In this document: piece after piece, positions 36,812 through 47,241 of the stretch | Numbering within the stretch: position 1 is the first letter of the stretch | Layout of the letters: each line of letters begins with the position of its first letter | DNA from: Minisyncoccota bacterium | Lineage (GTDB): Bacteria; Patescibacteriota; Minisyncoccia; 2-02-FULL-40-12; GWA2-44-9 | Length of the DNA stretch: 64,000 bases | Assembly: GCA_017992005.1 (NCBI GenBank) | Contig: JAGOPO010000002.1 | Location: forward strand, 1,611-65,610 | Direction of reading: 5' to 3' | Made by a program: the position numbers and the translations under genes | The notes under the pieces: model-generated | Seen by the model: only the letters and a program-made list of their open reading frames with translations | The model's database searches: none | What the model was told of the DNA's origin: nothing

Positions 36812-39800
36812 ATGTCATTTGTACACCTCCACACACACTCTCACTACTCGCTTCTAGATGGACTCTCCAAGATCGATGCCCTTGTCGCACGCGCCAAAGA
36901 GCACGGCATGACCTCAATGGCGCTCACTGATCACGGCGTCCTCTACGGTGCAATCGAGTTTTACAAGAAGGCCACCAAAGCTGGCATCAAGCCAATCATC
37001 GGATGTGAGATGTATATCACCGACGGCTCGCGTCACGACAAGCGGCCGGGCATCGACAACGACAAACGCGCCCACCTCATCTTGCTTGCCACCAACGACG
37101 TCGGCTATCGTAACCTCGTCAAACTCGTCACCATCGCTCATCTTGAGGGGTTCTACTACAAGCCACGCATCGACAAAGAAGTACTCAGACTCCACCACGA
37201 AGGGCTCATCGCACTATCGTCATGCCTCGGAGGCGAGGTATCCCAGGCACTCATGAAAGGAGCCGATGAAACAGCGCGCACTATCGCGCGGGAATATGTC
37301 GATATCATGGGCGCGGGAAACTACTTCATCGAGCTGCAGATGCACGCCAACATGCCCGAGCAAAACAGCACCACGCCCAAGCTCATCTCACTGGCACGTG
37401 AGCTCGGTATTGGCATGGTCGCAACACAAGACTCACACTACTGCACCAAAGAAGACGCTCAAGCACACGACATCTTGCTTGCCGTACAGACTGGCAACAC
37501 GATCCACGACGAGAAACGCTTCTCGATGAATCAGGATGATTTTTCGTTTTGTTCAGAGGCGGACATGCGCGAAAAATTCGCATCACTCCCCGACGACATC
37601 GTTGCAGAGGCACTCACCAACACGGCGTCCATTGCCGATCGATGCAATCTCACCATTGAGCTTGGGGTGATGCACCTGCCACACTTTCCCCTTCCTGAGG
37701 GACACACCGATCCATCGGAATTTCTCACGGTCCTCGCTCATCAAGGCCTCACGAAACGATTCGGTGACGCTCCCGCGACCCACATCATTGAGCGCCTCGA
37801 GTATGAGCTTGGCATTATCAAGCAATCCGGTTTTGCTGGATACTTTCTCATCGTGCAAGATTTTGTAAACTGGGCAAAAAATAAGGGCATCTTCGTAGGG
37901 CCGGGACGCGGATCAGCAGCTGGATCACTGGTGTCCTATCTACTCAACATCACCAACGTCGACCCCATCACCTACAATCTCCTCTTTGAGCGATTCCTCA
38001 ATCCTGCACGTATCAGTCAACCGGATATCGATTTGGACTTCGCCGACGCACGCCGAGGAGAGGTGCTCGCATACGTGGGAGAAAAATATGGACATGATCA
38101 CGTCGCTCAAATTATCACCTTCGGAACCATGGCAGCTCGTGGCAGTATTCGCGATGCCGGACGTGCGCTTGGATACGCCTACGACTTCTGTGATCGCGTT
38201 GCCAAGGTCATTCCCGGAGGTCCTGTACCAGACTACCCCGGCAAACGCACCGGCAAGACATATCTAGCGCACTGCATCGAGACGGTCGAAGAAGTGAAGA
38301 ATCTCTATCAATCTGACGAACAGGCCAAAGCGCTCATCGATGCGGCCTGCAAGCTCGAAGGCGTCGTGCGACACGCATCCACACATGCATGCGCCGTTGT
38401 GATCACGCCCAAACCACTAACTGAATACGTGCCTCTCCAGCAAGGCACCCATGAGAACGATATTATCTCTCAGTATGAGATGCACGCCGTCGAAGATCTC
38501 GGACTTCTCAAGATGGACTTCCTAGGACTCGCCAACCTGACCATCATCGAAGACACACTTCGCATGGTGCAAGAAAATCACGGCGTCACCATCGACATCG
38601 ACAACCTTTCACTCACGGACGAGAAGTCATTTAAATTACTCCGTCTTGCAAAAACCACGGGGGTGTTCCAGCTCGAGTCGTCAGGCATGAAGCGCTATCT
38701 CAAAGAGCTTAAACCAACCGATATTGAAGACATCATCGCCATGGTCGCACTCTATCGTCCCGGTCCTATGGATCTTATCCCCGACTACGTCGAACGCAAA
38801 CACGGTCGCCAACGCGTTGAATACCTGCACCCCTCGCTGGAGCCCATTCTCAAGAATACCTACGGTGTCATGGTATACCAAGAACAACTCATGGCTGCCG
38901 TTCGCGCCTTGGCAGGATTTTCACTTGCCGAAGCAGACGTCATGAGAAAAGCGGTCGGTAAAAAAATCAAAGCACTCTTGGACGAGCAAGAGGGCAAGTT
39001 CAAAGACGGCTGCGCAGCAACCGGAACGCCCAAGGCAGTCGCGGATCGCTTCTGGGAACTGGTCGAACCGTTTAACCGCTATGCATTTAATCGAAGTCAC
39101 GCTGCGTGCTATGCAATGGTGGCGTACCAGACTGCATACCTAAAAGCGAACTACCCATCCGAATTCATGGCGGCATTCATGAACTCTGAAACCGGCGACA
39201 TCGAACGCATAGCGTTTCTTGTCGACGAAGCTCGCTCTATGGGCATCCAGGTACTTCCACCCGACATCAACGAAAGTGCCCAACGGTTCCGCGTTGTTCC
39301 CAATGCTGAAAAACCAACGCTTCGCTTCGGACTCACCGCCGTCAAAAATCTCGGAGTCAACATCGTGGAAGCAATCATCGCCGAACGAAATGCAAACGGC
39401 CCCTACACCGACATTGAAAGCCTCGTCACCCGCATTCAACACAAGGATCTCTCTAAGAAATCCCTGGAAACGCTCGCCAAGTGTGGCGCTCTCGACAAGC
39501 TCGGAGAACGCAACACCCTCCTGGCCAACATCGAAACGCTGTTATTGCATGCAAAGGACAAAATGAAGCGCGTTAGCATGGGGCAGGTCTCATTGTTCGG
39601 TGATGCGCTCGATAGTGAGCTGCCTCCGGTCAAGCTCTCTCCCGCATCACCAGCATCCAAGGCCGATACACTCCGATGGGAAAAAGAACTCATTGGCCTG
39701 TACGTAAGCGATCACCCACTGAGTGAATACACGGCTCGACTGAAACTCGAAAAGCCCACATCTATCCGCGAGCTACGACCAATCCCGGGACAGGTTGTGC

Positions 39801-40045
39801 GCATCGCAGGACTCGTGGTATCAAATCACAAAATTATTACCAAAACCGGAAAACCCATGCTCTTCTCGACGGTCGAAGACCTCACCAGCAAACTCGAAGT
39901 TGTTGTATTCCCATCCGTACTCGAAAAAACACAGCACGCGTGGGCACCAAATACTGTCTTAATCCTAACGGGCAAAATAGATAATAGAGATGGCAACATG
40001 AAGCTCCTCTGCGACACCGCAAAGCCCATTGCAGTCGTCGCATAA
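36812..40045 (+). CDS. dnaE: DNA polymerase III alpha subunit
   Basis: ORF track begins at a GTG at 36770. The ATG at 36812 gives MSFVHLHTHSHYSLLDG, matching the canonical PHP-domain N-terminus. Also has the polymerase core, fingers and an OB-fold C-terminus. Confidence 0.9.
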   Translation: MSFVHLHTHSHYSLLDGLSKIDALVARAKEHGMTSMALTDHGVLYGAIEFYKKATKAGIKPIIGCEMYITDGSRHDKRPGIDNDKRAHLILLATNDVGYRNLVKLVTIAHLEGFYYKPRIDKEVLRLHHEGLIALSSCLGGEVSQALMKGADETARTIAREYVDIMGAGNYFIELQMHANMPEQNSTTPKLISLARELGIGMVATQDSHYCTKEDAQAHDILLAVQTGNTIHDEKRFSMNQDDFSFCSEADMREKFASLPDDIVAEALTNTASIADRCNLTIELGVMHLPHFPLPEGHTDPSEFLTVLAHQGLTKRFGDAPATHIIERLEYELGIIKQSGFAGYFLIVQDFVNWAKNKGIFVGPGRGSAAGSLVSYLLNITNVDPITYNLLFERFLNPARISQPDIDLDFADARRGEVLAYVGEKYGHDHVAQIITFGTMAARGSIRDAGRALGYAYDFCDRVAKVIPGGPVPDYPGKRTGKTYLAHCIETVEEVKNLYQSDEQAKALIDAACKLEGVVRHASTHACAVVITPKPLTEYVPLQQGTHENDIISQYEMHAVEDLGLLKMDFLGLANLTIIEDTLRMVQENHGVTIDIDNLSLTDEKSFKLLRLAKTTGVFQLESSGMKRYLKELKPTDIEDIIAMVALYRPGPMDLIPDYVERKHGRQRVEYLHPSLEPILKNTYGVMVYQEQLMAAVRALAGFSLAEADVMRKAVGKKIKALLDEQEGKFKDGCAATGTPKAVADRFWELVEPFNRYAFNRSHAACYAMVAYQTAYLKANYPSEFMAAFMNSETGDIERIAFLVDEARSMGIQVLPPDINESAQRFRVVPNAEKPTLRFGLTAVKNLGVNIVEAIIAERNANGPYTDIESLVTRIQHKDLSKKSLETLAKCGALDKLGERNTLLANIETLLLHAKDKMKRVSMGQVSLFGDALDSELPPVKLSPASPASKADTLRWEKELIGLYVSDHPLSEYTARLKLEKPTSIRELRPIPGQVVRIAGLVVSNHKIITKTGKPMLFSTVEDLTSKLEVVVFPSVLEKTQHAWAPNTVLILTGKIDNRDGNMKLLCDTAKPIAVVA

Positions 40046-40070
40046 AAAATCGGGCACCTTCGTGCCCGAT
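40043..40070. terminator. hairpin acting as a (bidirectional) terminator between dnaE and the minus-strand small ORF
   Basis: atcgggcac-cttc-gtgcccgat with an A-run on the plus side and a U-run on the minus side. Confidence 0.6.
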
Positions 40071-40078
40071 ACGCGGAT

Positions 40079-40318
40079 CTACTTCCCCGCCGCCTCCAGC
40101 TTCATCTCAGCAACAACCTCTCGAGCTATTTCTACACGCACCCTCACCTCTTCCTCTGTGAATCGCGACTTCTCATTCGCCAGTCGCCCCAAGGCATGCT
40201 CGAGAGCTGCATCGAGTCGTCCGGGCAGTTGCGCCGGAAGCACAAAATGCATGATGATGGCTCCGAGAAGACTTCTTCTTAGCTGCAACTTCAACGCCGC
40301 ACGCAAGGCCAGATCCAT
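40079..40318 (-). CDS. small helical hypothetical protein (79 aa)
   Basis: ORF track. A terminator lies immediately 3' on its strand. Confidence 0.4.
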   Translation of the reverse strand: MDLALRAALKLQLRRSLLGAIIMHFVLPAQLPGRLDAALEHALGRLANEKSRFTEEEVRVRVEIAREVVAEMKLEAAGK

Positions 40319-40410
40319 GTCATTTCTCCTGAAATGATACTATACCATATTATTTGAATTATACAAGCCTGATTGCGATGGAGCGTCATGTTTGCTAGGA
40401 TACTCACACT

Positions 40411-42153
40411 ATGGATGCATCCCTTCTCGAACACCAACGCCACACCCTTGCTCATCTGTTAGCAGCGGCTACGCTCAAATTTGACCCGTCTGCAAAGCGC
40501 ACAATAGGCCCCGCAATCGATACGGGGTTCTATTACGATTTTGAGTTTTCGAAACCTCTTTCCGACGAGGATCTAACAGGCATTGAATCGGAAATGAAGA
40601 AAATCCTTCCTTCATGGACATCCTTTTCACATACAGAAGTTTCAGCGGATGAAGCGCGCACTCTCTTCAAGGACAACCCTTACAAACTTGAGCTCGTCGA
40701 TGAGATTGTAGCTAAAGGCGAGACTATCACCCTCTACACATCGGGTGACTTCACTGATCTCTGCCGCGGTGGACATATCGAAAATCCGTCGCTCATCGAT
40801 CTCGACTCGTTCAAGCTCGATAAGCTTGCTGGAGCGTATTGGCGCGGGGATGAGAAAAACGCACAACTCACACGCATCTACGGACTCGCATTCGCGACAG
40901 CTGATGAGCTCGCCTCGTTCATAGAGCGACGCGAAGAAGCCAAGAAGCGCGATCATCGTATTCTCGGCAAACAGCTCGGCCTTTTTATGATTTCCGATGA
41001 TGTTGGCCCGGGACTTCCACTCTTTTTCCCCAAAGGCGCCATTCTGCGCCGTACCGTAGAAGACTTCATCACAACCCTTCAAGAACGTCGCGGGTACCAG
41101 CCCATTTGGATTCCTCACATCACGAAGGGTAAATTGTATGAAATCTCGGGCCACCTCGACAAATACGACGCGATGTATCCGCCTATGCACCTGACTGATG
41201 AGGCACAGTACTACCTCAAGCCGATGAATTGCCCTCACTTCATGATGCTGTACCGCGAAGTGCCCCATTCATATCGTGAGCTCCCCGTTCGGTACGTTTG
41301 CACGACCACCAACTATCGCTACGAAAAATCTGGCGAGCTCGCTGGCCTCACACGCGTGCGCGCTCTCACGCAAGATGATTGCCATGTGTTTATGCGTCCC
41401 GATCAGGTAGAGAGTGAAATCGGCCGCATGCTCGACATGATTGACGAGGTATACAAAGCGTTTGGCTTCCACGACTTCTATGTGCGCATCTCGACAAGAG
41501 ATCCCAAAAACGCAGAAAAGTACATCGGCAGTGCGACGGTATGGGAGCAATCCGAAGCCGCACTCGCTAAACTCATCGCTGAACGCGGCTGGAAGCATGA
41601 AGTCGGCGTAGGCGAGGCGGCATTCTACGGCCCCAAACTCGATTTCATCTTCAACGATGTCCTTGGTCGCCCTTGGCAACTGTCCACCATTCAGCTCGAC
41701 ATGAATCTGCCCGAACGCTTCGAGCTCGAATACACCGGCGACGACGGTGCCAAGCACCGGCCCGTGGTCGTCCATCGTGCCATTCTTGGCTCTACAGAGC
41801 GCTTCTTAGGCATCCTTATCGAGCACTATGGTGGCGCGTTTCCATTATGGCTTGCGCCAGTCCAAGTCTCCGTGCTTCCTATCAGTGACCGTCATCTCGA
41901 GCGCGCCGAAGAGATCGCAACCGAGCTTCGTTCGCATGGCTTCCGCGTCGAAGTAAACACCGATAACGACACCATCGGCAAAAAGATTCGCGCATCTGAA
42001 ACGATGAAAGTCCCCTACGCAATTATTCTTGGCGACAAGGATATTGCGGCCGAAGCAATTTCGGTTCGCAAGCGCGGAGGAGAAGATCTCGGCCAGCTCA
42101 AACTCGAAGCATTCATTGAAGTGCTTGCAACAGAGCAACGTTCGAAAAAATAA
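40411..42153 (+). CDS. thrS: threonyl-tRNA synthetase lacking the N-terminal TGS (N1) domain
   Basis: 580 aa. Begins in the editing domain (HQRHTLAHLLAAA...GPAIDTGFYYDFEF). Class II motifs and a C-terminal anticodon-binding domain. Confidence 0.9.
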   Translation: MDASLLEHQRHTLAHLLAAATLKFDPSAKRTIGPAIDTGFYYDFEFSKPLSDEDLTGIESEMKKILPSWTSFSHTEVSADEARTLFKDNPYKLELVDEIVAKGETITLYTSGDFTDLCRGGHIENPSLIDLDSFKLDKLAGAYWRGDEKNAQLTRIYGLAFATADELASFIERREEAKKRDHRILGKQLGLFMISDDVGPGLPLFFPKGAILRRTVEDFITTLQERRGYQPIWIPHITKGKLYEISGHLDKYDAMYPPMHLTDEAQYYLKPMNCPHFMMLYREVPHSYRELPVRYVCTTTNYRYEKSGELAGLTRVRALTQDDCHVFMRPDQVESEIGRMLDMIDEVYKAFGFHDFYVRISTRDPKNAEKYIGSATVWEQSEAALAKLIAERGWKHEVGVGEAAFYGPKLDFIFNDVLGRPWQLSTIQLDMNLPERFELEYTGDDGAKHRPVVVHRAILGSTERFLGILIEHYGGAFPLWLAPVQVSVLPISDRHLERAEEIATELRSHGFRVEVNTDNDTIGKKIRASETMKVPYAIILGDKDIAAEAISVRKRGGEDLGQLKLEAFIEVLATEQRSKK

Positions 42154-42178
42154 AATCGCTACCCCGAAAGGTAGCGAT
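42147..42178. terminator. hairpin/terminator between thrS and the convergent membrane-protein gene
   Basis: atcgctacc-ccgaaa-ggtagcgat. The minus strand is followed by UUUAUUUUUU. Confidence 0.6.
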
Positions 42179-42191
42179 GGCCCACGAAGGG

Positions 42192-42782
42192 CTACTGTGC
42201 GAACTGCTGGAGCGCTGCAGTCCAACCGAGACCAACAGCGTAGGTCTTGATCGCGTTAAACAACAGGAGCGTAGCAAACGCTCCTCGCTGTCGCGTCTGC
42301 CGACACAAGAGGATCCCCGGAATCCAGCCGAGCGGGCAGAGACCAAGCCCCATCATCAGTGGGTACATCATGCCCTTGGGGCTTGCCTGCATAACTCGCA
42401 GTGCATTCTCCAATAGGAAGCGTGTCGCGGGATTGCGAGCGGCCATTTGATTTTGCATCCGCATGTAGAACCAATCCCACATGGCATTGATGAGGCCCAT
42501 CGCGGCATCGAGCTGGGCTCGTACGCGCGCGAGGAACCCCTCACCTCGGAACTCGACGACAGTAGCTTGCACCGCAGGAATGAACGGGGCCTGACGCCCG
42601 AGCCACCCCGCAAACCAGTACCAATACGTGACCTCAATGGATGCGGAGATGCCCGTTGCAACGAAGAGTGTCAATCCCGACATCCCCATCGACACAAAAA
42701 CTGGTATCAGGATAAACTCCACGTTCACCACTGACGCCACCAGCGACACGGCCATCGGCCACGATACCCACCATTGCCGCAT
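42192..42782 (-). CDS. hypothetical polytopic membrane protein (196 aa)
   Basis: Multiple hydrophobic helices. Trp-rich. Confidence 0.55.
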   Translation of the reverse strand: MRQWWVSWPMAVSLVASVVNVEFILIPVFVSMGMSGLTLFVATGISASIEVTYWYWFAGWLGRQAPFIPAVQATVVEFRGEGFLARVRAQLDAAMGLINAMWDWFYMRMQNQMAARNPATRFLLENALRVMQASPKGMMYPLMMGLGLCPLGWIPGILLCRQTRQRGAFATLLLFNAIKTYAVGLGWTAALQQFAQ

Positions 42783-42838
42783 GCGAACTCCTCCTTGTAT
42801 TGTAGTGAACTCTAGGGTATATTATACCACGATAATTC

Positions 42839-43762
42839 ATGAAAAGCAACCTCCCCCGAGTCATCGTCATTGCTGGCCCCACCGCATCAGGTAAATCTGA
42901 TATTGCCATTTCAATTGCGCAAAAACTCAATGGAGAAATCATTTCCGCTGATTCTCGTCAGGTCTATCGTGGGATGGATATCGGCACCGGCAAGGTCACC
43001 AAACGCGAGCAGCGCCTCGCTCGTCACTGGCTGCTCAATATTTCATCACCAAAGCGCAGCTACAACGTGTCGCATTTCCAAAGAGATGCGAAAAAGGCAA
43101 TCGCGGATATACTCCGCCGTGGCAAACTCCCTATCATCTGTGGAGGGACCGGCTTTTGGATTGACGCGCTTGTCTATGGGCTCGAACTACCCGAAGTGAA
43201 GCCAAATCCCGCGCTTCGCAAAGAGCTAGTCAAGCTTTCTCCTGCAGAATTATTTCAGCGCCTGAAAACGCTCGACCCTGTGCGCGCAAAATCAATCGAC
43301 CAGAAAAATCCCGTCCGCCTCATCCGCGCGCTTGAAATCGTGCTCACAACCGGTAAGCCCGTACAAAAGCTCGCGCGCAAACATCAGAGCCCCTACGACA
43401 CCCTCTATCTTTGCGTGTCGCGTCCTGCAGATCAGCTACGCACTCGCATCACAAAACGCCTCGACGCTCGCCTACGCTCTGGAATGATTGCGGAAGTGAA
43501 GCGCCTTCACGCCTCTGGCGTCAGCTGGAAGCGCCTCGAAGCATTCGGCCTCGAATATCGCTGGGTTGCACAACATCTCCAAGGGAAACTCTCGCGCACC
43601 TGTATGCGCGACGGACTCCTGCGCGACATCATCGCCTACTCAAAACGACAGCTCACCTGGTGGAAGCGCAATAAAGATATCCGCTGGATCTCATCCATAA
43701 ACCAGGCCAAAGGCCTCGTTTATGGATGCAAGGAGCATGGACAAGTTAGGCCGAACGACTAA
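42839..43762 (+). CDS. miaA: tRNA dimethylallyltransferase
   Basis: P-loop AGPTASGKS, and SADSRQVYRGMDIGTGK. Confidence 0.85.
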   Translation: MKSNLPRVIVIAGPTASGKSDIAISIAQKLNGEIISADSRQVYRGMDIGTGKVTKREQRLARHWLLNISSPKRSYNVSHFQRDAKKAIADILRRGKLPIICGGTGFWIDALVYGLELPEVKPNPALRKELVKLSPAELFQRLKTLDPVRAKSIDQKNPVRLIRALEIVLTTGKPVQKLARKHQSPYDTLYLCVSRPADQLRTRITKRLDARLRSGMIAEVKRLHASGVSWKRLEAFGLEYRWVAQHLQGKLSRTCMRDGLLRDIIAYSKRQLTWWKRNKDIRWISSINQAKGLVYGCKEHGQVRPND

Positions 43763-44158
43763 CTACTTATTCTCGGTCTCTTTCTGAAGATTTTCTTTGA
43801 TGAACCGCTCGCGCGCCATTTTAGCAGCTTCAAACTCGCGTTCAAGATCCGACAAGGCTTGATTCAATTTGCTCGCCTGCTCGTGTGCCATATCTTTAAG
43901 TTCATTAACTTTTTTTTCGGCTGTACTCACCCAATCCGCCATTCGATAATACTCGCGATCGTAAGAATTTCCTGGAAAATGGGTGCCGCGAGCATACTCT
44001 TCGAAACCTTTCATATCAGCACGTGACTCTTTTAGATCATTTTCCGCCTTATCATATTCTTCGCGTGAGTATTCTGGTTTTTCTTGCATGTCTTTTATGT
44101 GAGGTAATACACCTTCATCGTACCCCCCCCTATAATTATTCAACTGGGTTATCAACAA
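43763..44158 (-). CDS. small charged hypothetical protein (131 aa) containing a G8 tract in codons 10-12
   Basis: ORF track. No motif. Confidence 0.45.
   Translation of the reverse strand: MLITQLNNYRGGYDEGVLPHIKDMQEKPEYSREEYDKAENDLKESRADMKGFEEYARGTHFPGNSYDREYYRMADWVSTAEKKVNELKDMAHEQASKLNQALSDLEREFEAAKMARERFIKENLQKETENK
44123..44130. repeat. C8/G8 homopolymer tract inside the 5' end of ORF 43763..44158
   Basis: Read directly: ta-cccccccc-tat. On the coding strand it is AGG GGG GGG (R-G-G). Confidence 0.85.
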
Positions 44159-44170
44159 AGAAAAAGCCGC

Positions 44171-44473
44171 CTATGACAGCGGCTGAAACAACTTCACGAT
44201 CTCACGAAGAACTCTCTTTCGCTCGATTTCACTCGGACCCGCAATGCGAAGTCTCCACATGACGGAATCAGCCTTCTGGAGAATATCAACGAGCACAGCT
44301 CGTTCTTCGGGCTCGAGTGGACAATCGATCGTCGTATCGAGAGTATCGATGACACTTTCGATTTGCACCTCACGAGCATCATCCTGCTCGAAATTGAGCA
44401 GAGCGCTCCAGATATGCGTCTCAGTCCAGCAACAAACTGCGAGCCCAGCAATACTATGCGCCTTGCACCTCAT
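44171..44473 (-). CDS. small hypothetical protein (100 aa)
   Basis: ORF track only. Confidence 0.35.
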   Translation of the reverse strand: MRCKAHSIAGLAVCCWTETHIWSALLNFEQDDAREVQIESVIDTLDTTIDCPLEPEERAVLVDILQKADSVMWRLRIAGPSEIERKRVLREIVKLFQPLS

Positions 44474-44508
44474 CTAGCACCTCCTAAGAAAATAATACTA
44501 ACTTTTCT

Positions 44509-45978
44509 TCAATTTGTCAATTTTTCACGCAGCAACTGCTCGGCGAGTTGCGGATTTGCTTTGCCCTTTGAAATGGCCATAACTTTTCCCACGAGCGCTT
44601 TCAGTGCAGGCACTTTGCCGGCCTTAAAATCGGCGACTATTTTTTCTGATTGGGCGATCGCATCTTCAACATATACGTTCAGCGAGACAGCATCAGAAAC
44701 CTGCGCCAAATCGAGCTCACGGATGATGTCTTCTGGATCTTCGCCGGTCTCCCACATCGCCTGCAATAGCGTTTGAGCACCGGCACTTCCTACAATTCCG
44801 CTAGATACGCGAACAACGAAGTCGGCAAATGCCGCTGGAGTGATCTTCGTGTCATGGGGAGTGGCCGATGCGGCAAAGAGCTTCGGCTGTAATTGCGTGA
44901 TAAGCCAATTTGCGGCTGTCTTTGCGAGCTTGCCATAATCTGTCGATTCACCCGTGAGTGGATTATCTTCGTGCTTCAGCTCCGAGACCACCTCCTCGAA
45001 GTAATCTCCAAGTTCCTTGAATACGACGAGAATCTCAACATCTGCTTGTGGCAGTCCATACTCCTTGGCAAAGCGTACACGTCGCGCCGCCGGCAATTCG
45101 GGAAGAGCGGCACGGATAGCATCAATCTCAACCTCGGAAATCACAATTGGTGGTAAGTCGGGTTCGGGGAAATATCGATAGTCCGCGCTTCCCTCTTTGA
45201 TGCGTTGACTGACCGTTTTTTGGTGCACATCGTCCCAGCCTCGCGTTTCTTGCACGAGCACGCCACCAGATTCAAGCACATCGATTTGTCGCCTTACTTC
45301 ATAGTCAGCAGACTTCGCCGCAGCTGAAATCGAGTTTATGTTCTTGACCTCCACTTTCGTTCCATATTCTTTTTGTCCCTTGGGGCGAACGGAGAGGTTT
45401 ACCTCGACGCGCATCTGTCCCTTTTCCATGTCGGCGTCAGACGCCTCAAGATACCGCAAAATGAGCTGCAACTCGGTCGCAAATCGACGGACATCTTCAG
45501 CTTCCGAAAGGTCAGGGTGCGTCACCAGTTCCATCAGTGGCACGCCGGCACGATTATAATCGACGAGAGAGTAATCCGCCCCGGGCTCGTGCATCAGCTT
45601 ACCCGCATCTTCTTCGAGATGGATACGTTCAATGCGAATCGTCTTTCCGTTGGCTTCGAGCTTACCTTCTCTACAAAAGGGAAATTGAAATTGAGAGATC
45701 TGGTATCCCTTCGGGAGGTCAGGGTAAAAATAGTTCTTGCGTTCAAAAAAGGAGCGCTTCTCGATGGTGCAACCAAGCGCCAAGCCGACAGCAATAATCT
45801 TCTCAATGGCAGCGCGATTGATCACCGGCAGCGTACCGGGATGGCCCATGCAGATCGGACAGACATTGGTGTTTGGCGTCTTCTCCAGTGCATCGTTTTT
45901 GGAATCGCAAAACATCTTCGTTTTGGTGTTCAGCTCCGCATGTATTTCTAAACCAATAGTGGTGAGATACTCTTTCAT
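44509..45978 (-). CDS. gatB: aspartyl/glutamyl-tRNA amidotransferase subunit B
   Basis: ORF track extends to 46077 and would overlap tmk. Likely start MKEYLTTIGLEIHAELNT at 45978. Has the GatB/YqeY C-terminal domain. Confidence 0.85.
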   Translation of the reverse strand: MKEYLTTIGLEIHAELNTKTKMFCDSKNDALEKTPNTNVCPICMGHPGTLPVINRAAIEKIIAVGLALGCTIEKRSFFERKNYFYPDLPKGYQISQFQFPFCREGKLEANGKTIRIERIHLEEDAGKLMHEPGADYSLVDYNRAGVPLMELVTHPDLSEAEDVRRFATELQLILRYLEASDADMEKGQMRVEVNLSVRPKGQKEYGTKVEVKNINSISAAAKSADYEVRRQIDVLESGGVLVQETRGWDDVHQKTVSQRIKEGSADYRYFPEPDLPPIVISEVEIDAIRAALPELPAARRVRFAKEYGLPQADVEILVVFKELGDYFEEVVSELKHEDNPLTGESTDYGKLAKTAANWLITQLQPKLFAASATPHDTKITPAAFADFVVRVSSGIVGSAGAQTLLQAMWETGEDPEDIIRELDLAQVSDAVSLNVYVEDAIAQSEKIVADFKAGKVPALKALVGKVMAISKGKANPQLAEQLLREKLTN

Positions 45979-46042
45979 GTGGTGACAGTTTAGCACGATT
46001 TTGGAGTAAAAAAAGCCCCACATGTTCTGTGGAGCAGTGATG

Positions 46043-46693
46043 TTATGCGGCTCGCCGATGGGCTTGCACGATGGCATCCGTCATCAGGTCAGCGACGACA
46101 TCAGGCGTCATATGAGGAGGCGACGTATCGATTCGCAGCCATGATTTTGCAAATGCACCTCCGAAGTACATTTCATAAGCGCGGTGTACGGATTCGTGAA
46201 ATTCTCTCTTCTCATTATCAAGCCGATTTTCCGCACCTCGCATCGCCAGACGCTTCATGCTTACATCCAGATTAACGGTGAGGAGAATTGTGAGATCAGG
46301 CACGAGCCCCTTCGTTGCCAGTCTAATTGCCTCAAGAGCGGCATCGCGAGGAATGTTGCGACCTTCAACCTGATACGCGATACTCGATAGAATATAGCGG
46401 TCGCACACAATCAGACGTCCACCAGCAAGCGCTGGCTCAATAACATCCTCAACATGCTGTGCGCGATCGGCTTGAAAGAGCAAGAATTCCGATCTGCTAC
46501 AGGGCGTGGCCGATCCATCGAGCAGCAACTTTCGAATTGCAACTCCTACCTGAGTGCCACCCGGCTCCCGTGTACGCAAGGGATTGCATCCGCGCAGCGC
46601 AAGCTCACGCGTCACCTGCTCGATGGCAGTCGTCTTCCCGGACGCCTCCGGACCCTCAACGGTGACGAAAAATCCTCTCGTTGTCATACTCAA
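46043..46693 (-). CDS. tmk: thymidylate kinase
   Basis: P-loop FVTVEGPEASGKTT, and a DRY-like motif. Confidence 0.85.
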   Translation of the reverse strand: MSMTTRGFFVTVEGPEASGKTTAIEQVTRELALRGCNPLRTREPGGTQVGVAIRKLLLDGSATPCSRSEFLLFQADRAQHVEDVIEPALAGGRLIVCDRYILSSIAYQVEGRNIPRDAALEAIRLATKGLVPDLTILLTVNLDVSMKRLAMRGAENRLDNEKREFHESVHRAYEMYFGGAFAKSWLRIDTSPPHMTPDVVADLMTDAIVQAHRRAA

Positions 46694-46766
46694 CTCCTTA
46701 AGGAACGGCTACAAGCATACCAAGAAAAAACCACCGGACAAGGGTGGCTTTTTCTACCAGATACGC

Positions 46767-47189
46767 TTATTTGATTTCGATACCCATGCTACGCGCAGTT
46801 CCGGAAATAATTTCCATGGCTGCCTCGACATCATTTGCATTGAGATCCTGAATCTTCTGCTCGGCAATTGCCTTCAACTGCGCTCGAGTGACGGAGCCAA
46901 CTTTCTTCTTATTGGGCTCTCCGCTTCCCTTTTCAAGACCGGCTGCGACACGTAACAAGTACGCTGCAGGAGGAGTCTTGAGTTGGAATTCAAAGGTGCG
47001 ATCCTCGAAGATCGTGATTTCAACTGGAGTGACCTGACCAACCTTGTCCTTGGTTGCTTCGTTGAATTGCAAGACAAACTGCTGGAGGTTGATTCCGTGT
47101 GGTCCGAGCGCCGTACCGACTGGTGGAGCTGGAGTTGCTCTGGCACCTTCGACCTGGAGTTTAACGATTGTTTTTACTTTCTTTGCCAT
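46767..47189 (-). CDS. rplK: 50S ribosomal protein L11
   Basis: [34 protein letters not shown]. Confidence 0.9.
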   Translation of the reverse strand: MAKKVKTIVKLQVEGARATPAPPVGTALGPHGINLQQFVLQFNEATKDKVGQVTPVEITIFEDRTFEFQLKTPPAAYLLRVAAGLEKGSGEPNKKKVGSVTRAQLKAIAEQKIQDLNANDVEAAMEIISGTARSMGIEIK

Positions 47190-47241
47190 TTCGTGATAAT
47201 CACCGTCGGTTGAAGCTACCCGACCGTGGTTTGGTTACAAA

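Noticed and set aside
36914-39693. Numerous antisense and alternative-frame ORFs inside dnaE, gyrB, pheT, relA and other large genes
   Set aside because: They are embedded in well-supported long conserved genes and have no motifs or translation signals of their own. They are typical overlapping-frame artefacts in GC-moderate DNA.
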